Of a stretch of DNA of 64,000 bases, positions 36,049-46,234 are shown one piece after another. The notes under the pieces were generated by a model. That model worked only from the letters and a program-made list of their open reading frames with translations. It was not told the DNA's origin and did not search any database. The position numbers and the translations under genes are program-made. Numbering within the stretch: the first letter of the stretch is position 1; each line of letters starts with the position of its first letter. The stretch spans positions 10,590-74,589 of IMG/VR virus record IMGVR_UViG_3300044546_000600; one strand, written 5' to 3'. The stretch comes from a virus. Its lineage: Duplodnaviria; Caudoviricetes.

Positions 36049-38425
36049 TGACTTGTATCTCGTTATCTTTAATCTTTACTTTAATCTCATTATACGAGCT
36101 ACACGCCAAACTGTCAACTATCTTTGTTTTAAGTTCGTTTTCGATGAAGAAGATAACCCCTCTTGCTCCATTCTTTGAATCCTTAGCCTTAGACAAGATA
36201 AAGCTAACAACATCTTTAGAAAAAGATACTGTTGTGCCATTGGTCTTTAATGAAGCCTTGATTGATTCAAGTTCTGTTTCAGCGATCTTAACCAAAGACT
36301 CATCTTTCAAATGATCAAAAATGATTACGTCGTTTAAACGAGCTAAGAACTCTGGTCTAAAAAATCTTTTTAATTTCTCTTGAACACTGTCTTTAGAGAT
36401 GACCTCTTCTGCTGGAGCGCAAAAACCAATTTGTTTGTTGTCGCCGAACTGAAAGCCAACGTTGCCAGTCATGATCAAAATGCAGTTCTTAAAATTGAGC
36501 TTTCTACCGTGCGAATCACTGAGTTCTCCGTTGTCCATTACTTGAAGAAGTATATTAACAACATCTGGATGAGCTTTTTCAATTTCATCGAACAGGAAGA
36601 TAGAAGATGGACGCTTCTCTAGTTGCTTGGAGAAGATGTTTGACTGGCCGTATCCAACATAACCGGGCGGTGAGCCGATAAGCTTAGAGATAGAATGAGG
36701 CTCCATAAACTCTGACATATCAATTCTTACGAGACTTTCTTCACCGCCAAAAGCTTGTCTAGACAATGCTTTAGCTAAGTGAGTTTTGCCAGAACCAGTT
36801 GGACCAACAAACATAAAACTGCCAAGAGGTTTGCTGGTAGATGACAATCCAAAAGAAGAGCGTAAAATACAGTCGGAAATCTTCTTTAGGGCGGCATCTT
36901 GTCCAAAGACGTATTTCTTTAATTCATTATGTATATTTCTGAAATTAGAATCTTGAGCGTTGGTGTCGATTATAGACCCAACTTTTTCGCAGAGGACTTG
37001 ATAAACGTCTTTGCGAGTAGCTGTCACTTTTTTGTTTTCTTGCAGCTTCATCCAAGATTCAAATTTTACTTTGTATTCTTTAACAATACTGTTAATCTGA
37101 ATACTTTTAGATTCCTCAGACTCAAACAAACCTTCGGACTGCTCTAATTCATAAATCATAGCTTCGATCTTTTTGATCTCTTCTGACCTAGCGTAAGTCT
37201 TGATTTTGACTTTAGCTCCAACTTGATCTAGAATATCAATAGCTTTATCTGGGAATCTTCTATTAGGAATGTACTTAGCGCATAGTTCGATTATGTCGCT
37301 GAGAGTTTTATCAGGGAACTGAATCTTATGGAACTCCTCGTAGTATGGCTTAATGTTCTTTAAGATATTAAGGGTTTCTTCTTTGCTCGGCTCTTTGACA
37401 AATACAGTCTCAAACCTGCGATTCATTGCGGAATCCTTTTGGAAGAACTGCTCGTATTCTTTTTGGGTGGTTGCGCCAATGCAGCTAATCTCATCAGTAG
37501 CAAGATAAGGCTTTAGGATGTTAGCTGTATCTAAAGAACCTTCGTCGCCGCCAAGACCAATCACTGTATGAATTTCATCAATAAACAAAATAATTGATTT
37601 AGCTTCTTTAACTTCCTTTAATACTTTATGAAGGCGCTCTTCAAACTGACCTCTAAGATTAGTGCCAGCAATCATTGCCGTCATATCTAACTGCATGATT
37701 GTTTTACCTAAAAGGAATTCAGTAGATTCGCCGCTAATAATCTTCTTGGCGAGTAGTCCAACAATTGTGCTTTTGCCAACACCAGCTTCGCCAACAAGAA
37801 TCGGATTGCGCTTTTGCTTACGGCAAAGTACTTCTGATACTTGAGCAACTTCGGCATCACGAAAACAAGCATTGTCAAAATCACCGTTCTCGGCTTTCTC
37901 TGTAAAATTTATGCAAAAATCTTTTAGAACGCTGCTGGACGTAGAAGTTGCGGTTTGAGTGGACAACTTTTTTGTTGGATTAGAAACAGTTTTGCAACCA
38001 GATTCAATCTCGCTAGTCAAAAAGATAACGTCAACGCCTTGAGATTTGAAAAACTTCTTAGCCCAAGAAGAATGGCGAAGCATAGAAAGAAACAAATGCT
38101 CTACACCAGTATAATTTTGATTGTAAAAACGAGAAATCTTATATGATTCTTTTATTACCTTTATAACCGAATCGGTATAATCTACGTTAGACTTTTTGCG
38201 CTTTCTTTCTGGAAGTTCCTTTTCTAGTCGGCTAACCAGTTCAGACGGAAGCACTTTTATCTGCTTAAATGCGTTATCAACAATCATGGATTGTGACGAA
38301 AGCAAGGCATAAAGCATAAAAGACTCGTCAATTTCGACGTAATTATAGCTTAGACATTTTTGCTTAGCGATGTCTAAGAGTCTTTTTACTTTTGGAGTGA
38401 AGTTAACGTCTTCCACTTTATTCAT
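35987..38425 (-). CDS. clpC: ClpC/ClpA-like HSP100 AAA+ ATPase
   Basis: N-domain, NPILVGEAGVGKS, FIDEIH, RRFPDKAIDILD, GPTGSGKT, IDMSEF, GSPPGYVG, DEIEKAHPDV, IGF, RPEFLAR. Confidence 0.9.
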   Translation of the reverse strand: MNKVEDVNFTPKVKRLLDIAKQKCLSYNYVEIDESFMLYALLSSQSMIVDNAFKQIKVLPSELVSRLEKELPERKRKKSNVDYTDSVIKVIKESYKISRFYNQNYTGVEHLFLSMLRHSSWAKKFFKSQGVDVIFLTSEIESGCKTVSNPTKKLSTQTATSTSSSVLKDFCINFTEKAENGDFDNACFRDAEVAQVSEVLCRKQKRNPILVGEAGVGKSTIVGLLAKKIISGESTEFLLGKTIMQLDMTAMIAGTNLRGQFEERLHKVLKEVKEAKSIILFIDEIHTVIGLGGDEGSLDTANILKPYLATDEISCIGATTQKEYEQFFQKDSAMNRRFETVFVKEPSKEETLNILKNIKPYYEEFHKIQFPDKTLSDIIELCAKYIPNRRFPDKAIDILDQVGAKVKIKTYARSEEIKKIEAMIYELEQSEGLFESEESKSIQINSIVKEYKVKFESWMKLQENKKVTATRKDVYQVLCEKVGSIIDTNAQDSNFRNIHNELKKYVFGQDAALKKISDCILRSSFGLSSTSKPLGSFMFVGPTGSGKTHLAKALSRQAFGGEESLVRIDMSEFMEPHSISKLIGSPPGYVGYGQSNIFSKQLEKRPSSIFLFDEIEKAHPDVVNILLQVMDNGELSDSHGRKLNFKNCILIMTGNVGFQFGDNKQIGFCAPAEEVISKDSVQEKLKRFFRPEFLARLNDVIIFDHLKDESLVKIAETELESIKASLKTNGTTVSFSKDVVSFILSKAKDSKNGARGVIFFIENELKTKIVDSLACSSYNEIKVKIKDNEIQVNGTKEKLLAAHSSRQHSVAN

Positions 38426-38426
38426 T

Positions 38427-38432
38427 TTACAC
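38427..38432 (-). promoter_or_regulatory. GTGTAA upstream motif
   Basis: In a 9-nt gap, 1 nt before the ATG at 38425. Confidence 0.35.
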
Positions 38433-38434
38433 TT

Positions 38435-40990
38435 TTATGATTGTAAGTCAGATAATTTAGTATATATTTTTTCGTTTAAAATACTTAACGAGTCCAAAAA
38501 GATAGAGTCGTCGGATTTATTTCCGTAGAGAATGACAATGTCGTCTTCTTGCGGTGTTTTACCGCCACCTTCGTAGTAGCGAGTGAGCTTGTCTTCCCTG
38601 CCGTCCATGAGGCGGCAAGACATTTGCCCGTATTCGTCAGAGATTTGGATGAATAGATATTTGTTTCCATTTTTACTTGTTTTCTTTTTAGCTTCTTTGA
38701 CTACGCCAACGATCTTCACTGGCTGGCGAGCATCTAACTGCGAAATCTCATAGGTTGTCAATAGTCTTTGCTCATCTTCTTCTGAAAAGACCTCTCTTAG
38801 TTTGTGAGTGTAGCTATAACCGAGCAACTTCTTCTCGAAAAACCAGTTCGCAAACTTCTCGTGAGTTTTGTTCATCTCGTAAATCTTCTTATACGAGTCG
38901 TACTTAGCTCTGAACGTAGTGAAACGCTTTTCAGTCATGAAAGGTTTAGCGTCGTCACCAGCAAGTTTGTTATTAACTAGATCAGCTATAGCTTTGAGAA
39001 CGTCAAAATTATATTTTGCAGCAACAAGTTTAATGTTTCTCTTTTCTCTATCGCTAAGAATGTTGTAAGACTGAGCTTCAAGAACTAGTCGGCAACGCCT
39101 ATCTCCAAAGCTAGAAAGTGTTCCAGCTTGAATAAGAGAAGACAAGACGCCGATATTAAGACCAGCTTCTTTTGCAGCGTCAAAACAATCAACTTTATCT
39201 GAAAACTCTTTTTGTCTAAAAGCTAAAAGATTTTGAAGAACTTTATCAGAAACACCTTTGATAGCGTTTAAGCCAAATCGGATGTTCTTTTCTTCAATCT
39301 CAAAGTCTGATTTCGATTTAACCAAATCAGGAGAAAGAAGCTTAATATCAAAGAAAGGCAGCTCTTGCGATATAGCTTCGATTTCTTCGTGAGGGCTAGG
39401 CTCGTGCTTAGATGATTTTAGCAAAGCCAAAAAGAACTCTTGAGGATAATTGAATTTAAGATAAGTCGTTATTGCGCTTAATGTTGCATATGATACAGCG
39501 TGAGAAGCGTTGAACGAATAATTAGCACTATCTTCTGCGACCTTCCAAAGAACGTCAGAGATAACAGGGTCTAAGTTATTCTCTTTGATCTTGTTAGAAA
39601 TCTTTTCCTTCCAAGCTGGCATTTCACTAACCTTCTTTTTGCCAATGATGCGGCGAACAGTTTCAGCTTCATCAAGAGTAAAGCCTACTTTAACTACCAT
39701 CTTCATTAACTGTTCTTGGAAGATTGGAATACCACCTGTTACGCCCAAAATATCATCAAAGAATGGATGAACAGACTGGAAGTTGCCAGTTTCAACATAC
39801 TCGGCGTATTGATTCATGAAATCCAACGCGCCTGGCCGTGCTAGAGCCAACACACAGGCCAATTCAAAGAGATTGCGAGGCTTGACCTTCTTGCATACAT
39901 GAAAGTTGGTATTGGCCTCAATTTGGAACAGTCCTTTGGGGTTAGATAAGTCTTGAAAGTATTTGTAGGTAGATGAGGAGTCGTAATCGAGAGTTTTAAA
40001 GTCTAAACCTAGTTTCTGACAGGTTTCATAAACTACGGACAAGGTTCTAAGACCAAGAATATCGAACTTAACGGTGATTTCAGAAATGTTGTTCATTTCA
40101 TAAGCACTAACAAGCTCGCCTTCTCCTGTCTTTTGAAGAGGCATAATGTCCTCGTTGTTGAAGTAAGAAATCGAAATGCCAGAAGGATGAACGCCACAGT
40201 TCTTATTTAAGCCTTCTAATTTTTTAGCAATTTTAAATACCTTTGGATGAGAGTCGCAGAAAGCTTTGAACTGTTCGCTTTGTTTATATGCGTCTTTAAG
40301 AGCAAACACCTTTCCGAATTGTTTGGGGATAACATCGCTAACGGCGTTCACTGCGTCTTCATTCATTTCTCCTACAATCTTACCGCACTCTTTAACGCAG
40401 AGTTTACCAGTAAGAGTGTTCATGGTAAGAATCTTACAAGTTTTGCCAGAGTATTTGGCTTTGATATAATCAATAACTGCTTGGCGTTTTGAGAACTCAA
40501 TGTCATTATCTACGTCAGGCATCAAAGAACCATCAAGATAAGTTACTCCATCAACTACGATCTTCTTCGCTCTGCTCTTAGAAACGAATCTTTCAAATAG
40601 CAAGCCGTGTTCGATTGGGTCAACATTCGTGACTCCGACCAAGAACAAGATCAAAGAACCTGCGGCAGAACCACGACCGTAACCAGTAGGAATACCGTTC
40701 TCATGGGCAAAGTTCATAATATCCCAATTGAGCAAAATGTAATCAACGAAGCCAAGCTCATCAAAAACGCTAAGCTCCATTTTAGCTCTATCGTAATAAG
40801 CCTGTTTGTTCTCTTTCTTGTCGATGCCTTTTACCTTGACCGCCTTTAGCGAGAGCTGACGAAGGAATTCAAGATTAGAGCAATTTTCTTGGATGCCAAG
40901 ATTTTTGTAATGGCGACTGTCGATCTCGATCTTTGGAAGCCGAACGCCCGGTGGAATCGGGTTTTTGTAGTCTGTGAATTTGTCAAGCAT
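38435..40990 (-). CDS. dnaE: DNA polymerase III alpha core (palm/fingers/OB), lacking PHP
   Basis: GYGRGSAAGSL, MPDVDND, HPSG, KFDILGL, GLFQ, RPG, IFQEQ, YSFNASHA, IRFGL, EKKLLGY, C-terminal OB fold. Confidence 0.93.
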   Translation of the reverse strand: MLDKFTDYKNPIPPGVRLPKIEIDSRHYKNLGIQENCSNLEFLRQLSLKAVKVKGIDKKENKQAYYDRAKMELSVFDELGFVDYILLNWDIMNFAHENGIPTGYGRGSAAGSLILFLVGVTNVDPIEHGLLFERFVSKSRAKKIVVDGVTYLDGSLMPDVDNDIEFSKRQAVIDYIKAKYSGKTCKILTMNTLTGKLCVKECGKIVGEMNEDAVNAVSDVIPKQFGKVFALKDAYKQSEQFKAFCDSHPKVFKIAKKLEGLNKNCGVHPSGISISYFNNEDIMPLQKTGEGELVSAYEMNNISEITVKFDILGLRTLSVVYETCQKLGLDFKTLDYDSSSTYKYFQDLSNPKGLFQIEANTNFHVCKKVKPRNLFELACVLALARPGALDFMNQYAEYVETGNFQSVHPFFDDILGVTGGIPIFQEQLMKMVVKVGFTLDEAETVRRIIGKKKVSEMPAWKEKISNKIKENNLDPVISDVLWKVAEDSANYSFNASHAVSYATLSAITTYLKFNYPQEFFLALLKSSKHEPSPHEEIEAISQELPFFDIKLLSPDLVKSKSDFEIEEKNIRFGLNAIKGVSDKVLQNLLAFRQKEFSDKVDCFDAAKEAGLNIGVLSSLIQAGTLSSFGDRRCRLVLEAQSYNILSDREKRNIKLVAAKYNFDVLKAIADLVNNKLAGDDAKPFMTEKRFTTFRAKYDSYKKIYEMNKTHEKFANWFFEKKLLGYSYTHKLREVFSEEDEQRLLTTYEISQLDARQPVKIVGVVKEAKKKTSKNGNKYLFIQISDEYGQMSCRLMDGREDKLTRYYEGGGKTPQEDDIVILYGNKSDDSIFLDSLSILNEKIYTKLSDLQS

Positions 40991-41619
40991 TAGATTTCAA
41001 CCTCCGAGATTTGACGACGAAAGATTTTATAATTCATTTTAATATCGTACATCGCGTTATGCAGCATTGCTGGATCATGCTCAATTGCATAATGCTTCAA
41101 CAGAAAAGCCTGACTTGTTTTGATTCCTTTTTCAAAGTGGTTCATGAGTTTCATCTGCCAACAAAGAAAATCTCCGTCGTTAGGTTTAACTTGTTTAAAG
41201 ATAGACATAGCTAACGCTCTTGTGTCAATCATTCTGCTCAAGAAACTCCAGTCATTTTGAATACCCAAGCCATTCATAAGAGTGTTCAAAATGTAAATAT
41301 CGTAATTTAAGATGTTCTGGCCAACAAGAATAACGTCCTTGTCATAAAGAGTTTTGGCGAATTTCTTCCAAACCTCCATAGGTTGTTGCGCTTTTCTTAA
41401 ATAAGCTTCTTTATTGAAGTTCGTGATCTTGGCGGCACCTTCCGACATATTCAAATCTTCAAACAAGATAAACTCGTCATGCTCTTCAATGATCTCTTCT
41501 CCTTGGCAGATAATCCAAGATAGTTGCCAAGGGCGTGACGACGTTAACGACAAGCCTTCCGTCTCTGTGTCAAATACGGCGAACTTCTGATGTTTGTTAT
41601 TTCTTAAAAGCGTTTTCAT
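40990..41619 (-). CDS. DEDDh 3'-5' exonuclease (DnaQ/epsilon-like)
   Basis: FDTETEG, GQNILNYD, HNAMYD; likely start 41619 (ATGA overlap). Confidence 0.88.
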   Translation of the reverse strand: MKTLLRNNKHQKFAVFDTETEGLSLTSSRPWQLSWIICQGEEIIEEHDEFILFEDLNMSEGAAKITNFNKEAYLRKAQQPMEVWKKFAKTLYDKDVILVGQNILNYDIYILNTLMNGLGIQNDWSFLSRMIDTRALAMSIFKQVKPNDGDFLCWQMKLMNHFEKGIKTSQAFLLKHYAIEHDPAMLHNAMYDIKMNYKIFRRQISEVEI

Positions 41620-42356
41620 TTTGACTCTTTCCAAGATTGAAAGCAGAATTCTTTACTGGCGCAACCATTAAGTTCTGGAGCCGATAAGGTTTGAAACTTG
41701 CCCATGCGCCGATTACAAGCTATCTTATAAGTTACCCAAGCATCATAATCACTTCTGTTCTTGTAGTAGATAGACTTGGTTTCAATGATGTTACCTTTCT
41801 TAGCGTAACACGAAACAAAATCAGCGATATGCTTATCGAAAGGAAGTTTGTTGTTCTCTACGAAGTATGTGTGATGATGTTTATCAATAAAATCAGGTAT
41901 GCAATTTGAGAAAGTATAATTGTTGTTCCATACATACGAATCATAGAAAGGTATAACAAGATGAACATCTTTGGTGATTAGGTTACTTAAATCTTCGCTT
42001 GCTATAACTCCGTCTTTCACTGCGTTGGTGAAAGTATAAATTTTATTTAATTGTCTAAAGCCTTCGTCATTCAAAGCGAACAAGACGACTTTATGTTTCG
42101 ATGATTCAACTGTGTCGTAGCTGTTGCAAACAGTTAAACGAATACCGAACTTGAGAGAAAGCTGGTTTGCTCGGCAGGCTTTAAATGCCGACAAAAAACC
42201 AGTGAAAGAATCCTCGACCAAGAAAACTTCTTTAAGACCATTTTCGAGAGCAATAGAAATGATGCTGTCTGGCCCATCTTCTTTCTGCTTTTCTGGCTCG
42301 GCTAAAGTAAGGATGCTTTTTCCAACGGAAAAGTGAGACTTGAATAGCGGTATCAT
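41616..42356 (-). CDS. stand-alone PHP domain of DnaE
   Basis: SHFSVGKSIL, ALENG...LVED, FGIRL, VVLFALNDEGFRQLNKI, resembling the DnaE N-terminus. Confidence 0.75.
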   Translation of the reverse strand: MIPLFKSHFSVGKSILTLAEPEKQKEDGPDSIISIALENGLKEVFLVEDSFTGFLSAFKACRANQLSLKFGIRLTVCNSYDTVESSKHKVVLFALNDEGFRQLNKIYTFTNAVKDGVIASEDLSNLITKDVHLVIPFYDSYVWNNNYTFSNCIPDFIDKHHHTYFVENNKLPFDKHIADFVSCYAKKGNIIETKSIYYKNRSDYDAWVTYKIACNRRMGKFQTLSAPELNGCASKEFCFQSWKESK

Positions 42357-42387
42357 TAATCCAATAATTCAGACAATTTCAAAGCTG

Positions 42388-43410
42388 TCAAGACTTATTG
42401 TGTCTTGGGCATCCAGAGTAATGCTCTTTTGTAACTTTGTCGGTTTCTTTCGCAGTCTTAAAAGCTTCGTCCATATTCTCCTCAGAGAAAGTTTTTATGA
42501 TGGTGTTGTTTTTGTCGCGGAGAGCGTAATAGTTGTAGGCGAATTTATACGGACAATGCCACATCGGGTTGCCGTCTTTCTTTAGCTGGCCCTTAAACTT
42601 TGCAAAACCGCAGGAAAGCTTACCGCTAAAAGAGCCGTCTGACGGAATAGGTTTATCCGCTGCGAAATTTGAGTGAGCGTCACTTTCAGAAAAACCGTCG
42701 ATAACTTTTTGAATCTCGCAAAGCTGATCTTCAAAATCAGAAAGCTCTTGATCTGATAAAGCTGGCATTGTCAAAAGCCCATCGCCACCGCGAGAAACGT
42801 CAAACTTCAAGAACAGAAACTCCATCTTAACTTTGTGATCTGGGTTAAGTTGTTTTGAAGCAAGAGTGTACATCAAGTGCTGCAAATTATCTTCGGCATC
42901 TTTACCAGCAAAAACCGCTTTGCTAGTTTTGTAATCTCTTACAGTAGAAGAATTATCAGAGTAAACGAACTGGCGATCAATAAAACCTTTGATGCGGTAT
43001 TTTTTATCATTTTTATCTACTGTAAGATCAAACGATCTTTCGTTAAAATCTTGAATAGGCTTCTGCTTCTTATCCCCAAAGAAATCATACTTCAAGCCTA
43101 CGAGAGTCATCTCTCTAATCAGCTTCATGTTTTCAGGGTCAGAAACTCGGTTTCTACGGGCGCGCTTTAGCGTAAGCGACTTGATCGAAGGAATAGCGAA
43201 AGGGTCTCCTTCTTTGATTATCTTGTTGACATATTTCTTTCTGCTGGGCTTAGAAAGCATTTCGAGAATCAAGTGAACAACGTCCCCACGATTTGCGCCA
43301 TCGTTAGACGAGTCAGGAAGCTTTAAAACGTAATTGCACCAGTAAGACCAGCTGCATTTGTCTAGCGTCTTAATTCTACTGGCGGATAAAGCTGTTAATG
43401 GTTTAGACAA
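42388..43410 (-). CDS. PD-(D/E)XK nuclease (AddB/Cas4-like)
   Basis: LSASRIKTLDKC, GFIDR, DYKTS, QHLMY, several Cys. Confidence 0.8.
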   Translation of the reverse strand: MSKPLTALSASRIKTLDKCSWSYWCNYVLKLPDSSNDGANRGDVVHLILEMLSKPSRKKYVNKIIKEGDPFAIPSIKSLTLKRARRNRVSDPENMKLIREMTLVGLKYDFFGDKKQKPIQDFNERSFDLTVDKNDKKYRIKGFIDRQFVYSDNSSTVRDYKTSKAVFAGKDAEDNLQHLMYTLASKQLNPDHKVKMEFLFLKFDVSRGGDGLLTMPALSDQELSDFEDQLCEIQKVIDGFSESDAHSNFAADKPIPSDGSFSGKLSCGFAKFKGQLKKDGNPMWHCPYKFAYNYYALRDKNNTIIKTFSEENMDEAFKTAKETDKVTKEHYSGCPRHNKS

Positions 43411-44494
43411 GTGAGTCCTTTAGTTCTTCTGCTTTTTTAATTAACAGGCGATTAAAATCATTCTGGCAAGCTATTTCGTATATTTTTTTAATTTGAGCTT
43501 CTTTATTTATCATTTTATCATTCCATTTATCAAATATATCATCTTGCCCTTCGTGTTTTAGTAAGTTCATATCGCTAAAATCATTAGCCAAAGGAAGCTT
43601 AATAGACAGTTTGGTATGGTCAAAAACAGAACAAAGCTGCAAGTACGACTTGCAAGATGAAACTAATCCGTGATTAAAATCGCTCTTTGAATCGTTGTTG
43701 TAGGCAATAACGATCTTGTCGGGATTAAGTTCAACAAGAGTTGAACAGAGTTTAGAGGAGATTCCCAAACCGAATGTAACCAAGTTATTTGAATAGCCGT
43801 TTTCATAAAGAGCCATACTGTCACCAATGCTTTCTACGATAATAACAGTTCCAGTTTCAGCAATTTTTTCCCTAACAATCTCAACGCCGCCTCGTTTAAT
43901 GTGAAGAGGATAAACCCAATTTGTTTTTTTACCCATGTGCTTCCACTTTGGAAAGGTAGAATCCTTATCCCAAACTGTAGCTCTAGCGGAAAACCCATGA
44001 ATATCTCCTTGAGAATTATAAATAGGAAAAACGATTCTTCTGAAAAGCTGCCCAGCAGTAGCGTAGCCGCATTTATAGAAATTTAAAGTATCCGGAGAAA
44101 TCATCTTCTTAGAATAGAAATCTAAATGAGGAAGAAGGTTCTCTAGTATTGATTCTGGATAGATTTTTTCCATTTCGATTTTCTCTTTAACTTCGTTAGA
44201 TATGATATCTTGAAGATCAAATTTTACATACTTATCTATCACTGAATCATCTTTTGTATTTAGGGTAAGAGAAATTAGCCTCTTGATCGGGAAGCTTTTG
44301 TCTCCGCTAGCAAAGTCTGTCCATACGCCGCTGTTCTTATAAATCTTTAAAGCTGTAGCGTTATCACCTCCACGATAAATCGCAGAAGAGCGCCAATAGC
44401 TGCCGCAATCTCTTAGATTATAACCTAAAGATTCTAGCGAGCTTTTAAGCTGCGTAGGATCAAGGGTTAAAGTTTGGGACATCGTCTTGTTCAT
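43403..44494 (-). CDS. DNA primase (Toprim domain)
   Basis: RIVFPI, GFSAR, PKW, IVESIGD, IAYNND, NDFSD; adjacent to DnaB. Confidence 0.85.
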   Translation of the reverse strand: MNKTMSQTLTLDPTQLKSSLESLGYNLRDCGSYWRSSAIYRGGDNATALKIYKNSGVWTDFASGDKSFPIKRLISLTLNTKDDSVIDKYVKFDLQDIISNEVKEKIEMEKIYPESILENLLPHLDFYSKKMISPDTLNFYKCGYATAGQLFRRIVFPIYNSQGDIHGFSARATVWDKDSTFPKWKHMGKKTNWVYPLHIKRGGVEIVREKIAETGTVIIVESIGDSMALYENGYSNNLVTFGLGISSKLCSTLVELNPDKIVIAYNNDSKSDFNHGLVSSCKSYLQLCSVFDHTKLSIKLPLANDFSDMNLLKHEGQDDIFDKWNDKMINKEAQIKKIYEIACQNDFNRLLIKKAEELKDSLV

Positions 44495-45980
44495 TAGAGG
44501 CTTCTGGTCTTGTTATTCCTGTATCCATTGAACGAACAATATCGCGCAAATCTCCATGCTCGGTAACGTCGAAATTATTAAAGCGAAGATTGATAAAGTT
44601 ACGGCGCAAATTTCCGTCTGGCATACGCACAGGCTCAACTGCGCCAGCAATGTCAGAACCCAAGAAACGATTCTTGATAAAGATCAGTTTATGAGTGCCG
44701 AAATCATTTCCGTCCTCCATTCTTTCGTCAACTGTCTTGTTGCGGAGAATTGCCATATGAGAACAATAGTGAACGATACGGTCAGACATAGACACGATAC
44801 TTTCATCATCGTTAATATCGCTAGCGTTACGGTTAGTCGTTACGCCACTTCTATTTGACTGCACAGAAGTGAACATCGCCACCAAAGGTTTATGATCTTG
44901 AACTAAATCACGTTGAATAGTTTTCTTAAACTTATCCAACATATTACCGATTACTTGCCATTCAGATTTGTCCTTATCAGAATCAGCAGAAGGCTTAATG
45001 TAATCGAAGCTAAAGATCATCTTGTTGCCGCGACCAATCTTTGAGTAGTAAAATCTCTTCAAGGTATTAACCATTTGATCAGTAGTCATTCCTCCTACAT
45101 TGTAGTAATAGAATTTAAGATTCTTCACTTTAGTCCAAGTAGCGCGAACACGATCAACAATTTCAGATCCAGCCTTACGCCAAAGACCGCTTTCAAGAAG
45201 ATGAACAGGAACGTGACTCAGAGCGGCGCACTGACGCATGATAACTTCTTCTTTGCTCATTTCGCCGTTATCAAAGTGGAGAACTGGAACATCGTACTCT
45301 GCCGAAACTTTTGTGCAGAAATTCAAAGACAAAAGAGTTTTACCTACGCCAGAGCGGGCAACGATAACAGTGATATTACCGGGTCTTAAAAGGGACCCGT
45401 AAATCTTGTTAACTGTCGGGAATGGACCCATAAGGCCAAACTCAGTAATCGGATTGTTACCGCGATCTTCAATGATAGACTCCATTTCTTCAAAAATGTT
45501 AACAGGCTTTTCGTCATTATTTTCATATAAATTAATTGTTTTATTAAAGGATGAATCAGCTTCTTCAATGATCTTTTGATAAGAAGCATCAGGAGCTATT
45601 CTTTTCATCTTATCCGCAACATCCAAAGCCGACTTGTGAATCGTGCGGCGAATAGAATATTTCTTAATCTCTTTCGCTGCGGCAACTGCTGTTGTTGGAT
45701 TAGTCTTTCTGACAGCTAAGGAACGACAATAATCAAAGACATTGATGTTGTCTTGAAAAGAGACGCCAATTTCTTTAATGCGTTGAGCTATAATTACTTC
45801 ATCTATCTTCTCGTTGGCCTCAAGGCATTTACGAATGATATGATAAATCGTTTTGTGAACAACGGTGGACTCTGAATAGAAATCAGATTCAGATACAAAG
45901 TCGCAGACTTCTGCGTAAGTATCTGGATGCTGAATCAGTCCAGCTAAAAACTGCTGTTCTACTTCTAGTGAATAAAGCAT
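44460..45980 (-). CDS. dnaB: DnaB-like replicative helicase
   Basis: EQQFLAGLI N-terminus, ARSGVGKT, NGEMS, FDYI, SVQSNRS, KNR. Confidence 0.9.
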   Translation of the reverse strand: MLYSLEVEQQFLAGLIQHPDTYAEVCDFVSESDFYSESTVVHKTIYHIIRKCLEANEKIDEVIIAQRIKEIGVSFQDNINVFDYCRSLAVRKTNPTTAVAAAKEIKKYSIRRTIHKSALDVADKMKRIAPDASYQKIIEEADSSFNKTINLYENNDEKPVNIFEEMESIIEDRGNNPITEFGLMGPFPTVNKIYGSLLRPGNITVIVARSGVGKTLLSLNFCTKVSAEYDVPVLHFDNGEMSKEEVIMRQCAALSHVPVHLLESGLWRKAGSEIVDRVRATWTKVKNLKFYYYNVGGMTTDQMVNTLKRFYYSKIGRGNKMIFSFDYIKPSADSDKDKSEWQVIGNMLDKFKKTIQRDLVQDHKPLVAMFTSVQSNRSGVTTNRNASDINDDESIVSMSDRIVHYCSHMAILRNKTVDERMEDGNDFGTHKLIFIKNRFLGSDIAGAVEPVRMPDGNLRRNFINLRFNNFDVTEHGDLRDIVRSMDTGITRPEASNEQDDVPNFNP

Positions 45981-46234
45981 TATTCGTTATCGTCCGAAAT
46001 TTCTGTGGAGTCTTCGTTAAGCCATTCTTCCATAGCTTTTTTAAGACCAAGAGAAGTTAAAACTGAATCGAAGCGAGTGTAGATTTGAGGAGTGCCGTTC
46101 TCAGAGCAGATACAAAGAACAACGCCTTTGTACGAATCCGCGCCGCCAGACATTTCATAAATCTGCGCGACCATTTCGACTGGAAATTTGAATTCTTTAT
46201 TTTCGTTATCTTTTTTGTCTTTAGGTTTCTTCAT
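45980..46234 (-). CDS. hypothetical protein
   Basis: 84-aa ORF coupled to its neighbours. Confidence 0.7.
   Translation of the reverse strand: MKKPKDKKDNENKEFKFPVEMVAQIYEMSGGADSYKGVVLCICSENGTPQIYTRFDSVLTSLGLKKAMEEWLNEDSTEISDDNE

Noticed and set aside
42388-43410. Cas4-like nuclease as a sign of CRISPR-Cas
   Set aside because: No repeat-spacer array or other cas genes were seen; it sits between primase and polymerase, as phage PD-(D/E)XK exonucleases commonly do
26549-45980. Inteins or introns in nrdA, nrdB, dnaE or dnaB
   Set aside because: Lengths are normal, and no C/S...HN-C/S/T splice junctions or extra domains were seen
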